NCBI RefSeq assembly: GCF_004010195.1
Contig: NC_057751.1
Coordinates: 6,250,598-6,314,597, forward strand
DNA length: 64,000 bases
Source of the DNA: Chiloscyllium plagiosum
Lineage: Eukaryota
Direction of reading: 5' to 3'
Shown here piece after piece: positions 46,343 through 57,429 of this stretch. How positions within the stretch are numbered: the stretch's first letter is position 1; the number at the start of each line of letters is the position of its first letter. Under the pieces are notes generated by a model. That model did not search any database and was not told the origin of the DNA. It was given only the letters and a program-made list of their open reading frames with translations. The translations under genes were made by a program, and so were the position numbers.

Positions 46343-47959
46343 TGCTTCATCTTATACTTCATCTATTGTTTTCTTTTTAACTCTTTTTGCATTAGTAAAT
46401 AAAGAATGAAAAGCCCAAATGTAAAAGAATTGCTCTGAGAATAATTTCAGTAATATTGTTGTATATAGGAATTTGTGCACATTTACAGATTGAGACATCG
46501 CGGGCAGAATTTTACAGGGGCCTGAATGACGTATACTTTTGCAAGAAATGTGTCAGGATTGTATGAGAGGTCTAATGAAGCTTACCTTGATGTCAGGAAC
46601 AATTTGCTGCATCCGTACGTCTTAGATGTTCAAGTGAGATTCTCACAAGGCAGTGATGAGGTGCCTGTCAATGGGGTTTGTACCTTGTTAATGAGCTTAT
46701 GAATTGCACATCTTGTCTGATTAATAGTAACTTCTTAACCACCCACGTGTCACAAGCAAACTAGATGCTGAAAATTCTCAACATGAAAATCAGAGCGGGT
46801 ACCTGGCGACTTCAGCTCATCACTGGCCGAAAAGAGGCTTCATTGTTACTCACCACACAACAGCATCTGAGAGCATTATCAATGGGATTTAGGAATATTC
46901 TTCTTTGTCCGTGGACATTGGCATCCAAATATTGAAAACTGATCAAGATCACCATGGCATTTCTGCATCCACTTGCAGGATGCTCATGAAGTACGGATCT
47001 GCATTGCATGATGCATTGACAGCTGACACTGAAAGGCTGTGACAGAGATGCTACATGCACAGAGACAGACACTCAGGTCATGAATTGGACTAGATAGTAT
47101 CTCTGGCCTAACCTGCATGCTTGAAGTATCCATGCTTGTCTGCTGTTCCGTGCCTGTGAACACTTGGCAACTTCAGACATAGCCGAAAGGCAATCCGAGG
47201 TGCTGTATTGACTTGTTCTTTTGTGGAATATATAAAAAGGCTGCTTGTCACATTTTTCAGAAGGAATGTGCCCAGGCATGGTGGACATTTTGCTGAGTGG
47301 CACACCGACCCATCAATTTAACACGTGTAGCATGCACCAGCTGTCTGCAGAGCAGAGACTGTACATTTATTCAAACGAATGGCCATATTCGCAAGTCGGC
47401 AAGAGGTAGTCATCAGTGCATTCAAGGGAGTTGCTGTTGGTCAAGGAATGTTGGAACTGTCAGTCAGGGGTGCAGCCATTACGCAGTCCAGAGACTTGAC
47501 CATTGTCAGTCATCTGCTCAGGCCATTCATGGTGAGGGACACGTCAAACTAGAACCTTGGAAATGGACAATGGTCAGTCGGGTAGGACCATCACAAGCAG
47601 GCAGGGGAATCACATAGTGTCACTTGGGGAGCTGCAAAGACTGTGGTCAGGGGTCTGGTCAGCCTTGGACTCTTAGTTTGAACTTGGTCAGAGGTCTGGG
47701 GTGAATACATTCCTGGGGATAAGTGCATTCATCGGTGAGGCAGGGTGCAAATGTGAGGACTATATGAGCAATGGATGGCTCATTGCCACAAGTGGGTGGG
47801 GGTAAAAGCAATGGAATGCATTGAGGCAGGGGCAGGATAGTGATGGGGTGTGGTGTTCAGGTAAGCTGAGTTCCCTGCCAGAATTTGCTCTTAACTAGAA
47901 GCTAACTGCACTTGCAAAATAGCTGGGACAGCACCCAGATTGGGTGGAGTCTCAGTCAC

Positions 47960-48128
47960 AGAGTCAAAGAGATGTAAAGCGTGGAATGGACCCTTCAGTC
48001 CAACTCATCCATGCCGACCAGATATCCCAACCTAATCTAGATCCATTTGCCACCACTTGGCCCATATCCCTCTAAACACTTCCTATTCACATACCCATCC
48101 AGATGCCTTTTAAGTGTTAGAATTGAAC
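47960..48128 (-). mobile_element. CR1 3' end
   Basis: Reverse complement of the CR1 3' UTR (catccatgccgaccagatatcccaacctaatc...ccatccagatgcctttt). Confidence 0.85.
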
Positions 48129-48859
48129 CAGCTTTCCAGTTTGATGGATATAAATGTGGGTTCCATAGCTGCTTGCACTTGCAAACTGCAGCGTCATATA
48201 GTTTGCAATCAGTTCATCATCCATTTACAATATGTGTAGATTCGGCTTCAAGTGCTGGTCAAAGGTGATGTGCACCGTGCCCTTGGTCCTTGCAAATTGA
48301 ACATTGATATTCAATGCTGAAAAGGTAAGTGACAATGACTTAAAAAGAGGGGAATGCTGGTCAAGGGGAACCATCATTTGTGCAACATACAAGGATGTTG
48401 TGGGAGGTGGAGATGATTGCTTCACTTCTGTCACCTCAGCTTTACAAGGATTTGAACTGAATGTTTGGATAAGTTTCATGTTTAATGTGGGTCTGGGATA
48501 GGAAGGGGTTTGAAGTGCACTGGGATCTCCCAAATTGATATAACATGTTGGTTACTCACTTAGCACAGGATCTTAACCTTCCTAGCTGGTGCACAAGCTG
48601 AAGCTGAAGCTGAATGGGTGACAGAGACATGGCTCTTACTTATTAAGACACTGTATGTCTCACTGTATAGAGGAACGTGTGCCACCCTTATATATAAGAT
48701 ATGCCACCGCAGACTGTTCTAAGAGAAAAATACCCTGCTTTATCTCCTTAATTTCCCAACGTAGATCATTTCAGCCACTGGTGGGATATTGGCAAGAGTA
48801 TATAAAGGAGGACCAAGGCGAAAGGCAAGACCAGGAGCAGCAGTAAGCTATCGCGGAGG

Positions 48860-49380
48860 TCAAGGAGACCTGGCACAGGCAGATGTTGAAGTTCCTCAAG
48901 ATGCATCAGCTTCACAGGAGGACCAGAGATTTTGGCCCCAACTCCATTTCCTCAGGTTGCACAAGGCCCATTGTTGATGCAGCCTCTAGATGTCCCTGGA
49001 CAATATGCCAAATGCTTGAGCAGGACCTGAGTGTTGCAGGATGTTGGGGATGGGGAACCTTTCCTGGGGCTTATGAAGGTTATAGCCTTTTTGACCTTCT
49101 CAGCAACTAGCTTTTTCCAGCAGTAACAAGTGACTTGTAGAGAATGTTTCACTTGTGCAACCACAAATGCGTCAGGACAGTGACCGATGCAGTCTAAGAT
49201 CACACCAGTTCATTTTATTTCCCACTGATGAGAGCGGTGCTGCAGTCCAGACAGTAGGGTTCAGAAACATAACTGATTTCTCCAAAATGCAGGACACCAT
49301 CGACAGCACACAAGTCCCACTGAGAGGTCACATCACAATGGAATTCATGGACTATAAAATAGTTGTTGGTCATTATGCCA
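48860..49380 (+). pseudogene. PIF/Harbinger transposase remnant
   Basis: TICQMLEQDL, and FILFP...GFRNITDFSKMQDTIDSTQVPLR resembling GF..IAGFPQVQG.IDCTHVAL. Confidence 0.65.
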
Positions 49381-50089
49381 GGATTTGGTTTGCACTGGAG
49401 TGGGGTTGGAGGGCTGCTAGTGAAGAGTGGGAAGGGGGTGTATGACCTGTTTTATTTTATTGTTTTTGTTTTTGCTGGGTATAAATTATAGCTTGTTTTT
49501 GTTCAAAAGCATGTCTGGTTTTCCTACTGCACAATGACGTGAAAGTCCAAGTTGGGCGATGGGCTACAGTAGCAGTGATTTAGAGAGGTTGGGTAGACAG
49601 GATATAGCTAAGGACAGGTAAACTGCAATACCTGTTGTTTAAACTGACTTGGGTGGGGGAATATGGTTATATGTGCAAGGGAGTGTCAATCATGCTGTCT
49701 ATGTGCGGTGAACAGCGAGACATTGAGGCTCCATGTTGCTGCTGAGGGACAATGCTGGACTGCTGACATTCGCCCAGTGGTGTACTGTGGCCTTGTGAAG
49801 ACAGCTCTGGCTTTTGGGATATTGTTCTTTGATGAGATACCCAAAGAGTGGCAAATTCATCTGGGAATGTGGATGGCAGAATGGGGATAGAATCAAGTGA
49901 AAGGGGGACCATAGGGGACAGGGTAGGTTGTTAATAAGACACATTTGTAAAATGTGACAAGAGAGCTTGCAGAGAGGACCTTTCTGTGTCACTTGATGAA
50001 AGTGACTGCCAAAAAAAGGTCTGTGCCCTATGTTTCCCTTTGGTGTGTGAAAGTTTCTGCATATTCAAGCTGCACAAGTCAGGTGACAG

Positions 50090-50345
50090 TTGTGTTTCAG
50101 ATATTTTCAATTAACCTGTTCCAGATGTTGTTCTGAACCTCAGGAGTAGTTGGGACTTAAAACCAGGTGTCCTGGTTCTGATGAAGGGATGCTGCCACTT
50201 TGCCACAGGGGCTCCCAATTGTGTTTCAGATACTTTTAATCAACCTGTTCAGAGAGGTCATGATACTCCTCTGGAGCAGTTGAGATTTGAACCCAAACTT
50301 CCTGGCTTAGTGGCAGGGACATGATCGCTGTGCCCCAAGAAGCCC
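50090..50345 (-). repeat. Two diverged tandem 129-bp units with tRNA-like heads
   Basis: ttgtgtttcagata recurs at 50090 and 50219. The minus strand shows A-box-like tggggcacagcg and B-box gggttcaaatc. Confidence 0.6.
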
Positions 50346-51397
50346 ATGAAGTAGTTGTGTTTTACAGTCTGGCAACTGATCAGTACCAGCTATATCTTAT
50401 AGCTAACAAACAATGAGAAATGTTGCTGGGCCCCCTCCCCCTCTCCCTACCTTTCCCTCACCTTTAGTGGTCTGTCTTGCTCTTGATGGGCTTTGAATGT
50501 AACTTATTCAGTTGGAGAACATGGGTGATTACATGGTGAATACATTATGAAATACCACAGTGGTTTGGTGATGGGGGAATAAAAGAAATGTTTGTTTGTG
50601 TGTAAGAGCAGGTCTGACTGTGAAAAAAAACCCAGAAAACTTGCTGGTGTAATCTCCAACTGGAGAAGGTCAGATTGCAGTAGTCAGCTCTTAACCCACT
50701 TATTTTCAGTGGAATTATATCATGCAAATCCTACATTTATATACTTGTAATTGCAATTAGTGCCCCTTTGAACTGTACAAGCCGCCTTGCAAAAAATTAA
50801 TCAGAAGAAAAGCTCATCTGGATGTTCCATGGAAACTGCATGAGCAGACAGCAACTTTTGTCACGTTTGCAGACATGTTGATAGTAATGCCATTTTAAGC
50901 AGGAGCTGGTCAGTATTGTGAACTGAAAATTGTTTCTTTTACAAAAATCTTGACAATCAATGTTCTAATTTTTACAAATGCACATTTTACTGTAATTGCA
51001 GTGCTGCAATATGCAAAGACGACGGTATACAGTGATTAAGGGTACTTACACTCTGAATCTCAGGAGATATTTTCATTAATTTCAAAACCTTGGGCTACAA
51101 CACATGCCCAGAGTAGCAATACCACACTGCAGCAGTTTCACAGGAAGTCATGGGTTGGGAAAATTTCTCCCATCTTATAGAAGTATCAAACTCCAATAGA
51201 CTCAGAAGCAAATTGCAATTGATAAGTGATCAAGTGAAATATAACATTTCTGAATTGAGGACATAAACATGGATCAATGTGATATGAACAGTAGTTTAAC
51301 TGTTTTGGTAGCCTTTTTTTTGTGCAGTCCGGTGGCCATGAGTTCAAGCCTTCCTTCAGACTTGAGCATGAAATTCAAGCTCCCACATCTCTGGGGA

Positions 51398-51572
51398 AAA
51401 CAATAAATGCTGGAGATCACAGAGGATCAGGCATCTTCCATGGGCAGAGAGAAAGAGAGAGACTTGAAATATTGGCTTGCTTTCTCCCTCCATGGAGGGT
51501 GCCTGACCCGTTGTGATCTCCAGCATTTGTTGATTTCAGTACAGATTCCAGCATCTGCAGTAATTTGTTCAG
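51398..51572. mobile_element. Old fold-back mini-PLE
   Basis: Arms aaatgctggagatcaca...tcaggca...tccatgg and ccatgga...tgcctga...tgtgatctccagcattt, with a tail of about 36 nt on the right. TSD acatctctgggga / acaactctggaga (11/13). Confidence 0.78.
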
Positions 51573-52629
51573 ACAACTCTGGAGAGCTGTTCTTCAGAAC
51601 AGAAAGAAAGATTTATAATTATATTGCATCTTTTCAAACTCAAGTGCTTTAAAGCCAATGAAGTACTTTTGAAATGTGGTGATAGAGGTTCTGTCTTATG
51701 ATCAGGTGTAAGCAGTGCCCTGGAGTGTTGATACACAACACTGAGTTCTTCTTGTTGCTTGACAAGCATTCTACCCTTAGCCATTGTGAGAAACGAGCCC
51801 CACTTAATCAATAATTTTCAGTCCGAGTCAAAGAGTTCCGAAGCAGCACATTTATTCGAACATCTTTTAAGATGGGTGGCTCTACGAGGAGAGTTTTTTT
51901 CTGAGGGGTCTCTCGACACCCCGACACTAACCAATAAACCTATCATAAGTGTCTATTTCATTCTATCCCCTTATTTGGTTATTACTTGCGTCCGTTACTC
52001 CTTCACTTGTTAATTCCCTGCACCCAAGCCGAAGCCCATCATACTTATTAATTACCTCACTTGTTTTTCTTTAAATCTGTCTTATTTGGCTGTCCTTGTT
52101 CGTTACAGCCTTCCTGTTATTTTGTCCAATTCCTCTTTTTTCTTTTTTAACCTTCTGACTTCTGAGATCATCCTTTACTATTTTGGTAGTCCAAAAAGCG
52201 GACCTACAAACGATGAGCTTATTGCAAAATGCTTCTTTTGTGGTCAGCTACAACACTCAAAGTTATTTCCCAGCTTAAAACTATTTCTTTAAAATACCCT
52301 CTATATTCGTTAAAGTCAACATACACCTGACAACCTGAAATCTTTCTCTCTCAGTCATCACGAATTATTGGCCATTTGGTTTGGGGGATAAGGGATTTGC
52401 ATCATGTGAACAGCTTCAAGAAGCTGGAGTTTTTCTTTCGATCAGAGAAGGCTAAGGAAAGTCTCATACAACTCTTTAAAACAATTATGGATTTAGATGG
52501 GGGAGGAAAAGAGTAATTGTTTCAAATGATTAAAGACTCAATGAACAGAGAGCACGGATTGTAGGCTATCAGCAAAGGGTTTGGAGAAAATATGAAACAA
52601 AGGTTTTCATGCTACAACACTTGATAGGC

Positions 52630-53358
52630 TGGTACATATAAGGTCATTCGGCCCATCAGGGCAGCTCCATTATTTGATCATGACTGATATATCTGTCAAC
52701 CCCATTCTCCTGCTTCTCCCTGTAACGCTTCATCCCCTTACTAATTAAGATTCTATCTATCTCTGTCTTAAATACATTCAATGACTTAGCATCTATCTCT
52801 GTCTTAAATACATTCAATGACTTAGCCTCCACAGCCTTCTGTGGAGATGAATTCCACAGATTAACCACTCATTGGCTGAAGTACTTCCTCATCCTCAGTT
52901 CTAAAGGGTTGTCCCATTGCTCTGACAACCCCATTCTCCTGCTTCTCCCTGTAACACTTCATCCCCTTACTAATTAAGATTCTATCTATCTCTGTCTTAA
53001 ATACATTCAATGACTTCGCCTCCACAGCCTTCTGTGGAGATGAATTCCACAGATTAACCACTCATTGGCTGAAGTACTTCCTCATCCTCAGTTCTAAAGG
53101 GTTGTCCCATTGCTCTGAGACTGTGCCTTTCGGTTCTAGTCTCTGCTAGCAGTGGAAACATCTTCTCCATGGCCACTCGATCCAAGCCTCTGAGTATTCT
53201 TTAAATTTTAATGAGATTCCCCCCTCATCCCTCTAAACTCCATTCAAGTACTGACCCAAGGTCCTTAACCGCTCTTCATCTGACAAACCTGTTATCTCTG
53301 GGATCATTCTTGTAAATCTCCTATGAATCCCTTCCAATGCCAGCACAACCTTCCTTGG
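52630..53358 (-). mobile_element. CR1 3' region with nested internal tandem duplications
   Basis: VNLWNSSPQKAVEAKSLNVFKTEIDRILISKG appears twice on the minus strand. Confidence 0.85.
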
Positions 53359-53449
53359 ACTCAGACCTCTTGGCATCATAGTAGCCCATAAACCCACCAA
53401 CACACTAAAACAGCAGCTTGAAAGACCCTATACAGACAACAGGCAAAGT
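53359..53449 (+). mobile_element. Poseidon-type PLE fragment
   Basis: LRPLGIIVAHKPTNTLKQQL..KDPI, homologous to about 43925-44010. Confidence 0.7.
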
Positions 53450-55074
53450 CTGTTTTCTAAAATTGGTCATTTAATGCCAGGGCACACTCAGTATCCAACC
53501 AACAAGGGAAGGCAAGCTCTTGAAGCTGCAAGATCAACAAGTAAAATCTCCAGCACTGAAGCAGCTGCAACATGCCAGTGGAGGTAAATGGGAGAGAGGG
53601 ACACCTCCATCATAAGGCACCCTCAGAGGATTTTGTAAGAAAATGAAGATAAGAAATGACGAGAGCTGTTGGATCACCACTGTGGAGAGGAAATTTTTGT
53701 ATGGGCGGTCCTGATGCAGCAGCTGTGGCCAGATCGGTGTGGTGGCTGCAAGAGTGACCTCAAAGTGACCCTGGAAAAACAGTGGTTTGGATAACCACCT
53801 CCATGCAAGCATTGCAGGATCCACCAAGAGACATCCTCTGCTCTTGTCTCACAGTGAGTTGTAGCTGAATGACTGATACGGTGAATTTATTTTCTTGAGC
53901 AGGTGGGAGCATCCATGAAAACTGACATAAGTAGATGAGTATGGTTTAGTAATTATGAGAGTATTCTGATTCAATGGAATTTTGAGCCCTTCTGTCAAAC
54001 TTGTGATGGCCAAGGTGCATGGTTGCTAAGTAATTCATTGTTGCTTCCCTTTCCACGGATATTGTAAATGCACCCAAATTGAAATAACGAACACAAAAAA
54101 TAAAATGAGTTCTGAATTATCATATCATGTCAAGCATTGTTACTGAAGCAAGGTGAACAAAGTACCTGATCAGCTATATCTGTGACGATGAAGGTTTAAT
54201 TAAGTACCTGTCGTGGGAGTCTGACCTTCAGGGTCCTTTTTAGACAGCGAGTGATAATGTGCAATTTTCATGACTGTTCTTTTGTTCAATTCATTCATTT
54301 TAATTTCTGGCATTTCTGAACAATGATGGCATCGTGCAGATTGGAAGAGTTCATAAACCCTGCTGGAGAAATGCAAGCAGAAGGGTAGTAACTGACAAGG
54401 GGTGATTCAGCATTAACCATTTATATCAGATTCAGTAATCCTTCCGAGTCAGTACTACTTAGCAAGTTGACAGAAATTGGTTTTATTTCAAAATAGTGCC
54501 AGGATATTGGAGAAAATTATAGTGCTGCCTGATGGCATCACTAAATCTATTAGCATTTTCCTCTCTCTAACATTCCAGCAAAAGCATCAACCAGCTCTAT
54601 CAAAATGTTTAAAATTTTCATCAAAGTAGCAGAGAAATTTCGTGTGAGCGCCTTACAGAATTCAAGGCAGGCAGAGCACACTGAACAATTTCAGTCAGCA
54701 CAACTCTGTGGAGTTGTTTGATTGGTTACAAGGGATCCTGATAGTGAGACAGTGCAACAGAGGTGATATTACATCTGAATACAGACATATTTGTAATTAA
54801 TTCCAAGGGCAGGTTTCACTGGGCTGAATGGTCTGCCTCTGTGTTGTAACTTTCTGTGATCCTGCCTGCTGGGAATTTTCAAAAACGCATTAAATATAGC
54901 AAACTGTTTGGAATACAGTACCTAATGGACAATGTCTGAAAAGCAATGGCTTTTGTGCACAACAACTACTAAAGTTGCAAAACAACAAGCAATTGTATCA
55001 CCAGCTCATCTGTTTTCTTTAACGGTGGGTCAGGGAAGAATGTTGGTTTGAATATCGGAAACAAGTCCTTTCTG

Positions 55075-55230
55075 TTATTCAGATTATCCGAACAAGAGTG
55101 GCAGGGAGTATTTTGTTCAGATAACTGATCGTTCAGATAACGGATAATGTTTTTACGGGACCTTGAGATCTTGTTCAGATAATCAGAAGTTCAGATAATT
55201 TACGTTCGGATAACTGAGGGTTCTTCTATA
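55075..55230. mobile_element. Tigger-like MITE remnant
   Basis: Repeated ttc(a/g)gataa motifs with an inverted ttatccgaa near the left end. The right end reads cggataactgagggttct; the left TIR is not evident. Confidence 0.5.
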
Positions 55231-55379
55231 TACACCTCTAAACATTTGTTTTTCGGAAATAATTGCTGCACGGAACACCCTTCTAGAGAAAAGAATTGGT
55301 TTGAAATTCTTGAAAGGGAGCAGCTGGAATACTAGTGGGGGAAGAAAAACATTTAAAAGTCAGTGAGAAGCTAATATAT

Positions 55380-56130
55380 ATTTTTCATTCTTGCATGGGA
55401 TGTGGACAATGCTGGCAACTCCAGCATTTGTTGCCCATTCCTAATTGTACATTCCTGTGGGAGTGGAGTCACATGTAGGCCAGACCTAGTCATACAGCAT
55501 GGAAACAGACTCCAACCATAATTCTAAACTAAACTAGTCCCACCCACTTGGCCCTCCAAACATTTCTTATTCACGTACTTTGCTAATGTCTTTTAAACGG
55601 TGTGTCCTCGCATCCACAACTTCCACAGGGAGTTCATTCCACACATGGACCACTCTCTGGATAAAAAAAATTGCCCCTCATGTTTTTTTTTAAATGTTTC
55701 TCCTCTCACCTTCAGAATATGTCCCCTCGTCTTGAAATTCCCCCACACTTGGGGAAAAAAAATACCTGCCATTCACCTTATCTATGCCCCTCATGATTTT
55801 ATAAACCTCTATGAGCTCACCTCTGAACTTCCTCTGCTGCATTGAAAAATGTCCAAGCCTATCCAGTCTCTCCTTTTAATTCAAACCTTCCATTCCCAGC
55901 CGCATCCTGGTTAACCTCTTCTTTGATGCAGGATAGCAGATTTCCTTCCCAAAAGAATTTCAGCTAGCCAGGCAGGCAATTGATGGTGGTTTCCTGGTCA
56001 TCATTAGAATATAATTTGAATTCCGGATTTTATTTATTTCCAATTTCACTATGTGCCATGTCACCAGAGTATGAGTTTATAGCTTTGGATTCCAAGTCCA
56101 ATGACATTACCATATCAGCACTGTATCCCC
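55380..56130 (-). mobile_element. 7083-type SINE with a nested minus-strand CR1 3' fragment (about 55490-55920)
   Basis: SINE halves ggagtcacatgtaggccagacc and ggatagcagatttccttccc flank the reverse complement of a CR1 3' end. Confidence 0.7.
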
Positions 56131-56219
56131 TAAATAGAAAAATTTAACTGCCTTCTTAAGATATGGGAACAGGAGTAGACTTAAGCAACTAATGCTTCAA
56201 AATTAGAAGTTTATTCAGT

Positions 56220-57290
56220 TTGTTCATAAATTGGGAATTTGGGCAAGAACTGTTCCTGATGATGATGAGCCTGCATTTTGAACTCGTGCATTCCATGTGT
56301 TGAATATGCTTAAATGGTGTTGTTAAACACAATGTTCAAGGTTTTGACCAGGTGATGATGAAGGAACAGCAATTTATTTCTTAGTCTTGATGTAACTTGC
56401 AGAGAAAGTTTGAGATGTTACTGTTCCCATACTTGGCCTTTAGGTAGCAGAGGTCAGAAGCTTAGAAGGTATTGTCAAATTAGTTCTGGAGTGCATCTTA
56501 TGGCTGACACACACTGCTGCCATTGTGTGCCCTGGTATAAACAATTTATTTTGAATGGAATGAATGAGGTGCAATCAAGCAAGCTGTTTTGTCCTGGATG
56601 ATCATGGGATTCTTGAGTGTTCTTGGAGGCGCACCCATCCAGATATATTAGCATCTCACTCATGATTGATGCCTTGCAGGTTTTTCAGAGTTAGGAAGTG
56701 ACTTATTTATGGCAGTACTCCCAACATTGAGCCTGCCTTTGTCAAAACAATATTTAGATGACTTGTCCAGTTCGCTTTCAGATCAGCAATATTTCCCAAG
56801 ATGTTAATTTAGTGACATTCAATATCGGGACTGTTGAATGTCAAAAGGAAATGGCTAGACTCTCTCTTTTTGGAAATAATCATTGCCTGCTGTTTGTATG
56901 GTGTGAATGCTACTTGCTACTTATTAGTTCAATCTAAATATTGTTTTACAGTCGTGGGCCATTTCATTTCCTCGGCACTTGCAAATAGGACAGAAGATCC
57001 TGCAATCATCAGCGAAATTCCTATTTCTGACCTTGTGATTTTGGGAAGGTCATTGTTGAAGCAGCTGAAGATGGTTTGGCAAATTGAATTCAACCCTGAG
57101 AATGCCTGCAATGATATCCATGGTGATAGGCTTTCAAGAGCCGTGAATAGGTGTGTCTCTAAGTCATGATTAGTGTTTCATCAATTAATATTGATCTCAA
57201 TTTTGTGAGGGTTGTTTGATACCATACGTATTCCAAGGCTGGTTTAATGCTCATGGCAGTCTCTCATCTGACATCAGGTAGTCAGCTGTT
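56220..57290 (-). mobile_element. Highly decayed LINE 3' region
   Basis: Resembles a reverse-complemented LINE RT to 3' region of the family whose tail lies at 35070-35270. Assigned by eye only. Confidence 0.45.
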
Positions 57291-57429
57291 TTTCTTGATC
57301 AGGACTTTGTTCAAGATTTAAATATTACTGAGTACTTTCCTTCCCTCACCCACCATTGTTATTAAAGAGAAATTCATTGTGCTGATTATTAACTTATGTT
57401 AGAGCATATGCAGTGAGGGACAAGCTGGG

